Positions 27,457 through 35,833 of a stretch of DNA of 64,000 nucleotides are shown piece by piece. Each line of letters opens with the position of its first letter. Positions within the stretch are counted from its first letter, which is position 1. Both the position numbers and the translations under genes were made by a program. Origin of the DNA: a virus; the IMG/VR virus record IMGVR_UViG_3300040806_003461, positions 16,662 through 80,661 of that record; one strand, 5' to 3'. Under the pieces are notes generated by a model. It worked only from the letters and a program-made list of their open reading frames with translations, made no database searches and had not been told where the DNA came from.

Positions 27457-29502
27457 ATGGCATTATCGGCAGAAACCAAAGCAATCATTGAAACACTTAA
27501 AGCAGAAGGTGTTGCATTAAGAGAAGGTAACAATACCAACTCTATTGGGACAATGAATGTAAAATTAGATCGCCTCAGCGGGGTCTTGGAATCTGTCGCA
27601 AAAAGCCTTCAAGCACAAACTAGTGTTCTTGTTGATTCTGCCGCACAAGAAAAAGCTGCGCGTGAAAAGGCTGCATTGCAAGCAGAATTAGAATCAGTCA
27701 AAAAGAAAAAGAAAGAAGATGAAAAGAAAACCGAAAAGGTTGATCTTGCAAAGGAAATCAGATCTGCAATTCCAAATATGCTTAAAGGACTTCAGCGTAC
27801 TTTAGGTAATTTCTTAATTGGTGGTATTGGTGCTCTTGCATTAGGTGGTTTCGTTACAGGTATTGCCGATAATTTAACAGGTGGTGGATTTTCTAAATTC
27901 ATTAATGATTTTATCGGTGGAGACTGGGAACAGATTCGCACAAGCTTAGCTGAAGGCGGTTACAATTTCTCGGACGGCATTAACAAAATGCTAACCTTTA
28001 CTACAAGATTAGCACCAGGCGGTGATTTAAACGAAAAGATTACAAGCTTTATTGATGCAATTGCTCCTGTCACTGCGTGGTTAATTGAAAATCCTTTATT
28101 AGGACTAGGCGCTGTATTAGCAGGTGGTGCGGCATTAAAATTTGCTATGAAAGCATTAACTCGTAATTTAAGAAGAACAGCAGTAAAACTGGCGGTTGGT
28201 GGTCTTGCTGCATTATCTACTGGGTTATTAGGAAAACCACCTAAAGCGGATGTTGATGTTGATGGTGCAAAAGCCAAAGCAGACGCTGCAAAAGCACAAG
28301 CCGAAGCAGACGCTGCAAAAGCAAAGGCAGATGCAGAAGCTGCAAAAGCAAAAGCAGATGCCGAAGCAAAGTTAAGAAAAGGACAAAAGTTAACTCCTGA
28401 CCAATTAGATGCTCTTGCCGGCCGTGGTAAATATGCGACTGCCGTGGCACCAGGAGTAAAAGCAACTGCACCTGAGGTTATGTCTGAATCTCCAAAGAAA
28501 GCTAATTTTGCATTTACCGGTGACGATGGCACAAAATACGTTACTACACAAGACGGTGCAATTAAAAGAGCTGATAGCTCACAAGGTAGATTTATTTCTA
28601 ATATGTCAGGTAATCTTGTTGATCTTGATAAATCACCTACTGTGGCTACTAAACCGCCTGTGGAACCAATGAAACCTGGTGACCTTGGTAAAAAATTAGC
28701 AGCGGAAAATAAAGGAAAGGTTGCTAAGTTAATTGCAAAGAAAATGGTTGGTGTTGCAGTTAAAGCTGTGCCTGTTTTGGGTGCCGCGGTCGGTGCTTGG
28801 TTTGCTGCTGTAAGTTTAGCAAAAGGTGATATCACATCAGCAGGATTAGAAGGCGGTTCAATTTTCCTACCATCACTATCAGGTGTACCTGTTGATATTA
28901 TGGCAGTTGCCACAAGTACTTTCTTTGATACGTATGGTATGTCATACAATCCTGCAGATCCTGAGCACCGCGAGATGATGAAAGATATTCTCGAGCAAGT
29001 GGAACAGGCATTTGAAGATTGGAAGAATAAGAAAGATTTAGATGCACAAACAGCGTACGAAGAAGGTGACTCAATGACTCGTGCGGAAATGAATGCTCGT
29101 GCTGAACGTGCTATAATGGGTTATAATGAAATGAATGGATCTTATCTTGGTATCACACCTGGCATGGCAACTGGCCTTGGCGGTGTTACAACAAGAACTG
29201 CGCCTGCAGGATTCTTTGGTGGATTCCCATCAGCTGACGAAAATGCAGATTTCTTTGAACAAATGAAGCAAGGTCAATATTATGCAGGTTCTGCAGCAAA
29301 CTTAGCAATGCACGAGCAACTTGCGGCGAAAGGTGGTGGCGGCGGTGGAACCTATAACGATAATCGCGTTACAAATAATGTAGTACAAGGCGGGGATACG
29401 GTTCAAAACAGTAGCGATGCTGCTGTTATACAATACGGCGGAGAAGGAAGTGGAACAAGACCCGGGATGGGTAGTGTTAATGTTCCCGGGTCTGTCCAGT
29501 AA
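27457..29502 (+). CDS. Tape measure / baseplate hub gp29-like
   Basis: 681 aa, Ala/Gly/Lys-rich helical, hydrophobic segments, KAVPVLGAAVG motif; follows gp26-gp51. Confidence 0.7.
   Translation: MALSAETKAIIETLKAEGVALREGNNTNSIGTMNVKLDRLSGVLESVAKSLQAQTSVLVDSAAQEKAAREKAALQAELESVKKKKKEDEKKTEKVDLAKEIRSAIPNMLKGLQRTLGNFLIGGIGALALGGFVTGIADNLTGGGFSKFINDFIGGDWEQIRTSLAEGGYNFSDGINKMLTFTTRLAPGGDLNEKITSFIDAIAPVTAWLIENPLLGLGAVLAGGAALKFAMKALTRNLRRTAVKLAVGGLAALSTGLLGKPPKADVDVDGAKAKADAAKAQAEADAAKAKADAEAAKAKADAEAKLRKGQKLTPDQLDALAGRGKYATAVAPGVKATAPEVMSESPKKANFAFTGDDGTKYVTTQDGAIKRADSSQGRFISNMSGNLVDLDKSPTVATKPPVEPMKPGDLGKKLAAENKGKVAKLIAKKMVGVAVKAVPVLGAAVGAWFAAVSLAKGDITSAGLEGGSIFLPSLSGVPVDIMAVATSTFFDTYGMSYNPADPEHREMMKDILEQVEQAFEDWKNKKDLDAQTAYEEGDSMTRAEMNARAERAIMGYNEMNGSYLGITPGMATGLGGVTTRTAPAGFFGGFPSADENADFFEQMKQGQYYAGSAANLAMHEQLAAKGGGGGGTYNDNRVTNNVVQGGDTVQNSSDAAVIQYGGEGSGTRPGMGSVNVPGSVQ
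28264..28371 (+). repeat. Tandem low-complexity repeat GCAAAAGCNNAAGCAGAYGC encoding AKA(K/Q)ADA(EA)
   Basis: Four imperfect units, AKAKADAAKAQAEADAAKAKADAEAAKAKADAEAK. Confidence 0.75.
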
Positions 29503-29504
29503 TA

Positions 29505-29732
29505 TTATTTGTCGCCTTTATCAGAAACGAATGAATACATTTCTTTGGCTTTTGCCATCATATCTTCAACAGAATACATTTCTGTAACTTTTTGAAATTC
29601 TTCCATTTGCATCTTACCTTGCTCCATCATTTTTTCAGCAAATGACACGTTCATGTGATATTGCTGATCCATATACTCTTTTGCAAGTTGTAACATTTCT
29701 GAACGAATTTCGAATGGGTTTTTATTTGACAT
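29505..29732 (-). CDS. Conserved-looking phage hypothetical protein (MSNKNPFEIR...)
   Basis: ATG 29732 preceded by AGGAG; NPFEIRxEMLxLAK...AKEMYSFVS. Confidence 0.7.
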   Translation of the reverse strand: MSNKNPFEIRSEMLQLAKEYMDQQYHMNVSFAEKMMEQGKMQMEEFQKVTEMYSVEDMMAKAKEMYSFVSDKGDK

Positions 29733-29789
29733 AATTAGTCTCCTGTGTATGTGTGGGTTACAAATATTCATTTAAGCTCTTTCTAAAGT

Positions 29790-29818
29790 GGAGGGGCTTT
29801 CACCCTCCTAGCTTTTTA
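29790..29818. terminator. Hairpin terminator between hsp20 and the downstream gene, possibly bidirectional
   Basis: GGAGGG-GCTTTCA-CCCTCC followed by TAGCTTTTT on the plus strand. Confidence 0.55.
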
Positions 29819-29819
29819 T

Positions 29820-30269
29820 TTATTCCGTTAGAAGTTCAGGCTCGGAAGAACCACCAATGGCGATCTTACGCGGTTTCTTTTCTTCAGGAATAACGTTCTC
29901 AAGTTCAATTGTAAGAATGCCGTCAACGAACTCGGCGCCACGAACTACAATTGTGTCTGAGAGTGTAAAGGTACGACGGAATTGACGAGCGGAAATTCCA
30001 CGATGTAGATAACTTCCTTCTGTCTCTTTGTCTTCTTTCTTACCTTCCACTGAAAGAACGCCGTCTTTCAATTCAACATCCAATTCATCACGTCCAAAAC
30101 CTGCGACCGCAATCTCAATATGATAATTGTCGTCATCAACTTTTACGATGTTATATGGAGGGTAATTTGTTTGACCCGGAGTTTGTTGGTGCATACGATC
30201 CAATACGCGATCGAAACCAATAAAGAAAGGGTCATTTAATAGGTTGGCAGTAATTCTGCGTGCATTCAT
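29820..30269 (-). CDS. hsp20: Small heat shock protein Hsp20 (IbpA-like)
   Basis: NYPPYNIVK, IEIAVAGF, YLHRGISARQFRRTFTL, IPEEKKPRKIAI. Confidence 0.95.
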   Translation of the reverse strand: MNARRITANLLNDPFFIGFDRVLDRMHQQTPGQTNYPPYNIVKVDDDNYHIEIAVAGFGRDELDVELKDGVLSVEGKKEDKETEGSYLHRGISARQFRRTFTLSDTIVVRGAEFVDGILTIELENVIPEEKKPRKIAIGGSSEPELLTE

Positions 30270-30330
30270 TTTGCTATCTCCTTTTGTTTAAGCAAGATTT
30301 TAAAAATGGGAACCCGTTTGGCATTCCCAT
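30270..30330 (-). promoter_or_regulatory. ROSE-like RNA thermometer in the hsp20 5' UTR
   Basis: mRNA: hairpin AUGGGAA-N11-UUCCCAU, then UCUUGCU-UAAACAAA-AGGAGA; UUGCU pairs with the SD leaving a bulged G. Confidence 0.65.
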
Positions 30331-30333
30331 TAT

Positions 30334-30364
30334 TATTTATAACACAATACTATGATTGTGTCAA
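30334..30364 (-). promoter_or_regulatory. Composite sigma70 (TTGACA-17-TATAAA) and late (TATAAATA) promoter of hsp20
   Basis: TTGACA at 30364-30359, TATAAATA at 30341-30334. Confidence 0.7.
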
Positions 30365-30371
30365 TAAAAAA

Positions 30372-30887
30372 TTAACCAGTTGAGCCAAAACCACCGTTAC
30401 GGTCTGTTTTTTGCTCTGGGCGATCTGTAGTTTCTACAAGCTCGTGTTGTTCTACAGGAACCAACATGCATTGTACTAAGCGGTCGCCATTTTCAATTGT
30501 AACTAAGCTGTCAGTGACGTTCTGTAACATCATATATGATTCTTCAACGTAATCGGAATCAATAATGCCAGTGCCGTTTGCCATTACAAGACCTTTCTTC
30601 AATGCAACACTCGAACGAATAAACATTTTTAAAACGTTATTCTCGGGTATGTCAAAGATTAATCCTGTCGGAACCAAAACGCGAATCCCAGGAGGTAATT
30701 GAAATGCGTCAGGATTTGTCCCAACGCCTTTCACAACAATAGGTTGTTCTCTGTTCCAAGAATTATATGATTTTAGGTATTGACCTTTGGTAATACATGC
30801 TTTAATATCAAAACAAGCAGATCCTTGAGTTGCGTAGGCGGGGATCTCAGCCTTTTCATTCACTTTATATACATTCATAATAATCAC
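30372..30887 (-). CDS. dut: dUTPase (trimeric)
   Basis: GSACFDI, VPTGL, IRSS, GIIDSDY, GDRLVQ, RNGGFGSTG. Confidence 0.95.
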   Translation of the reverse strand: MIIMNVYKVNEKAEIPAYATQGSACFDIKACITKGQYLKSYNSWNREQPIVVKGVGTNPDAFQLPPGIRVLVPTGLIFDIPENNVLKMFIRSSVALKKGLVMANGTGIIDSDYVEESYMMLQNVTDSLVTIENGDRLVQCMLVPVEQHELVETTDRPEQKTDRNGGFGSTG

Positions 30888-31300
30888 TTTTTCCCAATAT
30901 TATATTTGGCCTCCAAAATCCATTGATCTTTTTCTTTGTGAGATAGGATTTTAATTTGATTAAGAGGAGCAACCGGATCTTGCGATTTAGCAGGATCAAC
31001 GATTTCAATCAAATCCCATTCTTCAAGCAGGTTCACAATCGTATTGCGACGTGCTCGATCTTCATCTGTAAATGTATTGTTTTTGCCGTCAAGAATAAAC
31101 AATTCTTTAAAGTGTAGAATTGAGTACTTACCTTGTTTGTGGAGAATGTGACAAGATTGATATAACTTCTTTTCCTTACGTGAAGAAATACCAATACGAG
31201 TCAGGGTCTCTTTGACCTTTAAAAAACTATCCGGCGTTGGAAGTCTAATTTCCACTCCGACTCCTTTAAAAATATCTTCAGTTTGCATAATAAGCAGCAC
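30884..31300 (-). CDS. regA: Translational repressor RegA (probable start 31288)
   Basis: FLKVKETLTRIGI, LYQSCHILHKQGKYSILHFKELF. Confidence 0.95.
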   Translation of the reverse strand: MLLIMQTEDIFKGVGVEIRLPTPDSFLKVKETLTRIGISSRKEKKLYQSCHILHKQGKYSILHFKELFILDGKNNTFTDEDRARRNTIVNLLEEWDLIEIVDPAKSQDPVAPLNQIKILSHKEKDQWILEAKYNIGKK

Positions 31301-31371
31301 CTTTTATTATAGTTATTATTTTTCATGCTGTTGTCCACCATGACCATCAGAATATTTATCATTTTCTGAAT

Positions 31372-31770
31372 TTAACCACCGGTAAATAGCTTACTATGCA
31401 CTTGTTTCAATTGATCCGCAGACAAAGCTTTTAGGTACATCTTTGCCACGGTACGATTACATTGATAGACCTGCTGAATTGCGTCAAGGTCTTTACTTTT
31501 TTCTGCTTTGTGCCATTTTGAAAACCGCTTGCGTTTGCGTAAGGCACTAAAGTAATAATCAAATTGAGCACCATTAAACATATGGGCACGTTGATTCATT
31601 TCATTGGCATGCAAGATAGTATCTTCAAAGTTAGCAAAGCCACGATTGACCATATACGGAATGTATTCCTTTTCGGTCAGTTCAGGATTATCCGATTCTT
31701 GAATAAGATGTTTCTTTGTCAGGGAAACGGCATTCATAAAATCAAAAGGTGTAAACTCATTCTTCGCCAT
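31372..31770 (-). CDS. gp62: Clamp loader small subunit gp62
   Basis: YIPYMVNRGF, ANEMN, QFDYY, LRKRKRFSKW; between gp44 and regA. Confidence 0.9.
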   Translation of the reverse strand: MAKNEFTPFDFMNAVSLTKKHLIQESDNPELTEKEYIPYMVNRGFANFEDTILHANEMNQRAHMFNGAQFDYYFSALRKRKRFSKWHKAEKSKDLDAIQQVYQCNRTVAKMYLKALSADQLKQVHSKLFTGG

Positions 31771-31954
31771 TGTATATCTTCTCAAGTTCAATCAATACAT
31801 CATTGAATTCCATTGCACAAGGTTCACAGGCTGTCATCTTATGAGGACCTTCAAGGGTATCAATGTTAATTGTATAGATCTCTTTTTTGTTTAACTTTTT
31901 ATCGCAAAAACCACAAGTGTGTTTCTCGATAAGACGGCTCATCCATTCACTCAT
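31757..31954 (-). CDS. Small Zn-ribbon protein
   Basis: CGFC...CEPC; overlaps both neighbours in operon fashion. Confidence 0.6.
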   Translation of the reverse strand: MSEWMSRLIEKHTCGFCDKKLNKKEIYTINIDTLEGPHKMTACEPCAMEFNDVLIELEKIYNGEE

Positions 31955-32178
31955 ACCGAAATATCAATCGTTGAGTTTGGTCGCTCAGTAGGAACAAGTT
32001 CACCGCGGCTGTTATAACGAGTGTATTCATGCTGTACGCTTTCAACCGATGTAACACCAGATGCCGTTTGAAGATGCTTTGTTTTCTCGACGACAACCTT
32101 ATCATCTCGTACGACAATGGTTGAATAAGCACTGGTTACTGTGAATGGCATAATACCATAGATTTCTGTATTCGTCAT
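31951..32178 (-). CDS. Hypothetical protein
   Basis: ATG overlaps the gp44 stop (ATGA); fills the gap. Confidence 0.55.
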   Translation of the reverse strand: MTNTEIYGIMPFTVTSAYSTIVVRDDKVVVEKTKHLQTASGVTSVESVQHEYTRYNSRGELVPTERPNSTIDISV

Positions 32179-33125
32179 TTGAAGCTTGCCTCCATCATAA
32201 TTTCGGTTAGACACGCAACCATATTTATTTCAAGGTCAGCAACAAAGTTAGCCTTATACATATAATCAGCAAGTGTTACGATAAAACCAGGTTGTGAACG
32301 AAGTTCAACCTTGTCATTTGCCATATCATAGATACGACGAAACATTTCATTCATATCTTGATCTGAATTCTTTGCAACCCATTTACGCATTTCTGAAAAG
32401 TTCTTTGCCTTTAACAAACGGAACAGTTCATCAACTGATTCTTGTTTCAGGTTAACAAAGATACCTTCGTCAATACGACCTGATGCTGCATAGGATTGGA
32501 GTTCAGTCAATACACGACGGAAATCAGGAAAGTGCTTTTCAATAACTTTGGCAACTACCTTGTTATCGTATTCAACGTTTTCGTTATCAAGAATTTGTAG
32601 AACACGTTTATAGAATTGAGCTGCCATCTTCGGACGCTCGGATTGCTCGATTGTGAAATCAACTTCAGACAGTCGAGAGCGAAGAGGAGCAATTATACGA
32701 TTCTTAAAGTTACAAGTAAAGATAAACCCACAGTTGCTTGAATATTCTTCAATAAAATTTCGGAGTGCGGGCTGAACATTTGCTGCGTTGAGATAGTCCG
32801 CCTCGTCAAAGATGACGTATTTTCTGCCACCTGATAAGGATACCGCTGAGGCATACGTGGAGATGTCATATCGGAGAGTGTCGATATTGACGTTAAGTGA
32901 ACCGTTTTTAACAATATAATCGCAGCCAAGTTCATCGAGCATAGCTTTTGCGATAGTAGTTTTGCCAACACCTGGGCCGCCAGTTAGTAATAAGTTTGGA
33001 ACATTGTCATCAGCAACGAACTTTTGAAACATTGCTTTTGTAGTATCAGGCAGAATTGTATCATTAATCTTTTGCGGACGATATTTTTCTACCCAAAGTA
33101 CTTCGTTTGATTTTGCATCAACCAT
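32175..33125 (-). CDS. gp44: Clamp loader large subunit gp44
   Basis: LWVEKYRP, Walker A GGPGVGKTT, DEAD, PLRSR, FPDFRR. Confidence 0.96.
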   Translation of the reverse strand: MVDAKSNEVLWVEKYRPQKINDTILPDTTKAMFQKFVADDNVPNLLLTGGPGVGKTTIAKAMLDELGCDYIVKNGSLNVNIDTLRYDISTYASAVSLSGGRKYVIFDEADYLNAANVQPALRNFIEEYSSNCGFIFTCNFKNRIIAPLRSRLSEVDFTIEQSERPKMAAQFYKRVLQILDNENVEYDNKVVAKVIEKHFPDFRRVLTELQSYAASGRIDEGIFVNLKQESVDELFRLLKAKNFSEMRKWVAKNSDQDMNEMFRRIYDMANDKVELRSQPGFIVTLADYMYKANFVADLEINMVACLTEIMMEASFK

Positions 33126-33156
33126 TTATTCACCATTTTCATAATATAAAAAGAAA

Positions 33157-33279
33157 TCATTTTTGTACGCATTTTAGCGAGCAATGTACAACACTCGGGT
33201 GATCTAACACCAATCGAAATACCTTACCGCAGGTAACGCATTTACGAGTTTTAATAAGTGGGGCCGAAGCCCCACCCAT
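33157..33279 (-). CDS. Putative 40-aa Cys4 zinc-binding micro-protein, not in the ORF track
   Basis: MGGASAPLIKTRKCVTCGKVFRLVLDHPSVVHCSLKCVQK*; CxxC-x15-CxxxC; starts 4 nt after the upstream stop. Confidence 0.5.
   Translation of the reverse strand: MGGASAPLIKTRKCVTCGKVFRLVLDHPSVVHCSLKCVQK
33258..33275 (-). terminator. GC-rich hairpin with UUCG tetraloop
   Basis: GTGGGGC-TTCG-GCCCCAC followed by TTATT on the minus strand. Confidence 0.6.
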
Positions 33280-33283
33280 TTCT

Positions 33284-33568
33284 TTAGTTGACTTTTTCAA
33301 CTACTTTATCCGCCATTGGCGCGTCCATCGGAACATCAGCTGGTGCCATTTGGCCTTGAGCCTGTTGACCCTGCATTTGAGCCTGCTGGTTGAGGAAGAC
33401 CTCTACTTTGTTGCGTAGAGTACCTACACCTTGAAGTTCACGGCCTTCAAAAGCACCGCGGCGAGATGCAATATCCACGATCTGTACGAACGTGGCAATA
33501 TCATTTAAAGACAACTGAACAGGTTCTTGCTGTTCTTGAGCTTGTCCGTTTTCAACTTGATCATTCAT
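33284..33568 (-). CDS. Conserved hypothetical protein
   Basis: IVDIASRRGAFEGREL motif; between gp45 and gp44. Confidence 0.7.
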   Translation of the reverse strand: MNDQVENGQAQEQQEPVQLSLNDIATFVQIVDIASRRGAFEGRELQGVGTLRNKVEVFLNQQAQMQGQQAQGQMAPADVPMDAPMADKVVEKVN

Positions 33569-33574
33569 GAATAA

Positions 33575-34237
33575 TCATCCTTTCTTGTAAGTCGACTTTG
33601 TATCAATAGCAACGAAATATGTCGCGCTATCACCCTTAAACTCAGAGATACCCTTTGCGCAAAGAGTAACCTGATAGTCCTGCGGAAGAAGTTTCAGGTT
33701 ATCAGTTTTGATAACGATTGAAAACTCATCAGCAGTTTCACCAATCTCAATTCCGTAATCATCAGCATTTGCCGAAGAAGTATCTACAGCCTTGAGAAAG
33801 ACTTTGCCTTCCTGACCAACGAATGCAACCTCCGTAAATTGAAGTACACCTGCTGCTTTCACAACGGACTGCAAATCATCCCATGTCACATTCACCTGCA
33901 CATCCGCAGAAGGAATCGTAATCTCCTTATCCGGCGGTGTGTGAATCATGGAAACATCTGCAAAGGCATACTTCGTACGACGCTTACCTTCGGTAATCAC
34001 AAAATATTTATCTCCGAATTCCACGTCCGGCGCCTTGTGGAGAGATAAAATTGACAAAAATCTTGATAAATCGTAAACGCAAGCAGTACCAGGAATTTGA
34101 TCCGGGATAGTTGCTTTTGCAACAAGCGTTTTCTCAGGGGTAATGGTTTTGAGTTCATTACCAGGTTGCATTAGAATTGACTTATTGATAGCACTAAAGC
34201 TTTTCAAAATAGTCAGAGTTTGTTCAGATAATTGCAT
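33575..34237 (-). CDS. gp45: Sliding clamp gp45
   Basis: LSEQTLTILKSFSAINKSI, YDLSRFLSILS, NLKLLPQDY, YFVA. Confidence 0.93.
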   Translation of the reverse strand: MQLSEQTLTILKSFSAINKSILMQPGNELKTITPEKTLVAKATIPDQIPGTACVYDLSRFLSILSLHKAPDVEFGDKYFVITEGKRRTKYAFADVSMIHTPPDKEITIPSADVQVNVTWDDLQSVVKAAGVLQFTEVAFVGQEGKVFLKAVDTSSANADDYGIEIGETADEFSIVIKTDNLKLLPQDYQVTLCAKGISEFKGDSATYFVAIDTKSTYKKG

Positions 34238-34262
34238 AATATAAAGTAACTCCTTTGTTAGA

Positions 34263-35204
34263 TTATCGGTTTATTTTATTACGGTTTTTCTTTTTTGTCA
34301 ATGGTTTTTTATCACCTGCGACAGATTTATTTTGATAAGCCTTCTTATTGCTTTGCTTATTTGCAGTTGCAGTCATTCCTAAGGAACCGATAGCACCTAA
34401 GGATCCTTTGAAGATATACGTACCAATATGCTGCAACTGCATCCATGGGCACATCCAAACTCGAATACCGATCTCTCGAGCCTTCTTACAGAAGAAGTAG
34501 TCCTCGGACAGATAGCGTTTTGTTACCGGGTCAATAATACAATCAAAGAATGCTGTAATCTCTCGAGACCCATCAAACGCATCAGTACGAACGTGGTCAG
34601 GTTTATAGCGATACTCAGGATATGCTTCAGCAAACTTCTCAAGGACGTCTCGAGGAATCAGCATGAACCCCGTGCCTGCTTCTGCAACCTCAATTGGTTG
34701 GCCAAGGTTAAACTTGGTTTGACCACTTGCGATTGGATTGAATACGTAATCAGCAGAGAATTGTTCAAGTTGGAACGGATTCTCATCGCCAGCACCTGCC
34801 TTGGCTGCTTGATGAACCTTTTCCCACGCAATTGTTTTCTTAGGATAAGGTCCTGTCATAATCTGATAATTGTCAGGATCCGTAATGTTCATAGCAAGAA
34901 GCGATAGAATATCTCGAGCATTAAATCCAATATCAGAATCAATAAACATTAAGTGAGTACAACCTGAGCGCAGGAATTCGTCAACCACATAGTTACGAGC
35001 ACGTTGAACCAAACTTTCATTAAATAGGAAATAGAATTTTAGATTGATTCCATTTGCAGCGCATAGCATACTCAAATCAGTACAAGATTTTGTAAATGTA
35101 CCTGCGCAATTGCCGCCATACATCGGCGTTCCTAAGAAGATAGAATACTTGCGGATTTCATCAATTGAAACCTCGGTTGTTTTAGGTTTTTGCTGTTCTT
35201 CCAT
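34263..35204 (-). CDS. GT-A fold glycosyltransferase-like protein
   Basis: ESLVQRARN, HLMFIDSDI (DxD), GTGFMLI, YLSEDYFFC. Confidence 0.7.
   Translation of the reverse strand: MEEQQKPKTTEVSIDEIRKYSIFLGTPMYGGNCAGTFTKSCTDLSMLCAANGINLKFYFLFNESLVQRARNYVVDEFLRSGCTHLMFIDSDIGFNARDILSLLAMNITDPDNYQIMTGPYPKKTIAWEKVHQAAKAGAGDENPFQLEQFSADYVFNPIASGQTKFNLGQPIEVAEAGTGFMLIPRDVLEKFAEAYPEYRYKPDHVRTDAFDGSREITAFFDCIIDPVTKRYLSEDYFFCKKAREIGIRVWMCPWMQLQHIGTYIFKGSLGAIGSLGMTATANKQSNKKAYQNKSVAGDKKPLTKKKNRNKINR
34273..34301 (-). promoter_or_regulatory. sigma70-type early/middle promoter of gp45
   Basis: TTGACA-17-TAAAAT. Confidence 0.65.
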
Positions 35205-35833
35205 TAAACTTGCTCCATATCATTTTCTGCTCGGGTGATTGCTTGAATGCGTAATACATCAGCAAGAATATCCCACGAACTATCGTGTGCTTTAAAACTT
35301 GATTCCCACAATGCTTCATCAGCCAATGGATTGAACCCATTCTTTTTTGGGAAATTCAATTTTGCGTCAATAAAGGTACGTGTATCTCTCACTCTCCAAT
35401 ACTTAAGGTATTCTTCCATATGCAATAGCTTATCTTGAGATTGGAATAGCCGCCCAAGGATAATTGGATCAAACGTATTAGAACGAGACCACCAAAAATC
35501 AATCTTAGGACTATTGATTAAAAAGTTTTGAAAATCCTTACAGAATTCTTCAACAGTCAAATCACCATCCTTTGGACTAATATGCCTACGTACTTCAGGA
35601 GATTGCTCTTCCCAAAAGGATACCGTGTCTTTATCAATCTCGTATCCGTAGTTTTTGACTTGATCCATTACTGACAGCTTAAAGCGCCGTGTAAGATTAA
35701 TATCTCGAGTTGTATATGGATCGTTGGACAACATCTTGTCCCAATTGAATACCATAACTGAACAATCAATTACAGCACATTTTTGAGCATCCTTACCGAA
35801 GGTCTCAAAGTCAATAATGAAATCGTTTCTCAA
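35204..35833 (-). CDS. dexA: DexA-like 3'-5' exonuclease
   Basis: IIDFETFG, WSRSNTFD, VRDTRT, HDSSWD (DEDDh). Confidence 0.85.
   Translation of the reverse strand: MRNDFIIDFETFGKDAQKCAVIDCSVMVFNWDKMLSNDPYTTRDINLTRRFKLSVMDQVKNYGYEIDKDTVSFWEEQSPEVRRHISPKDGDLTVEEFCKDFQNFLINSPKIDFWWSRSNTFDPIILGRLFQSQDKLLHMEEYLKYWRVRDTRTFIDAKLNFPKKNGFNPLADEALWESSFKAHDSSWDILADVLRIQAITRAENDMEQV

Noticed and set aside
27960-28949. 329-aa antisense ORF
   Set aside because: Lies entirely opposite the tape measure gene; its composition is the mirror of Ala/Lys/Gly codons; no SD or motifs
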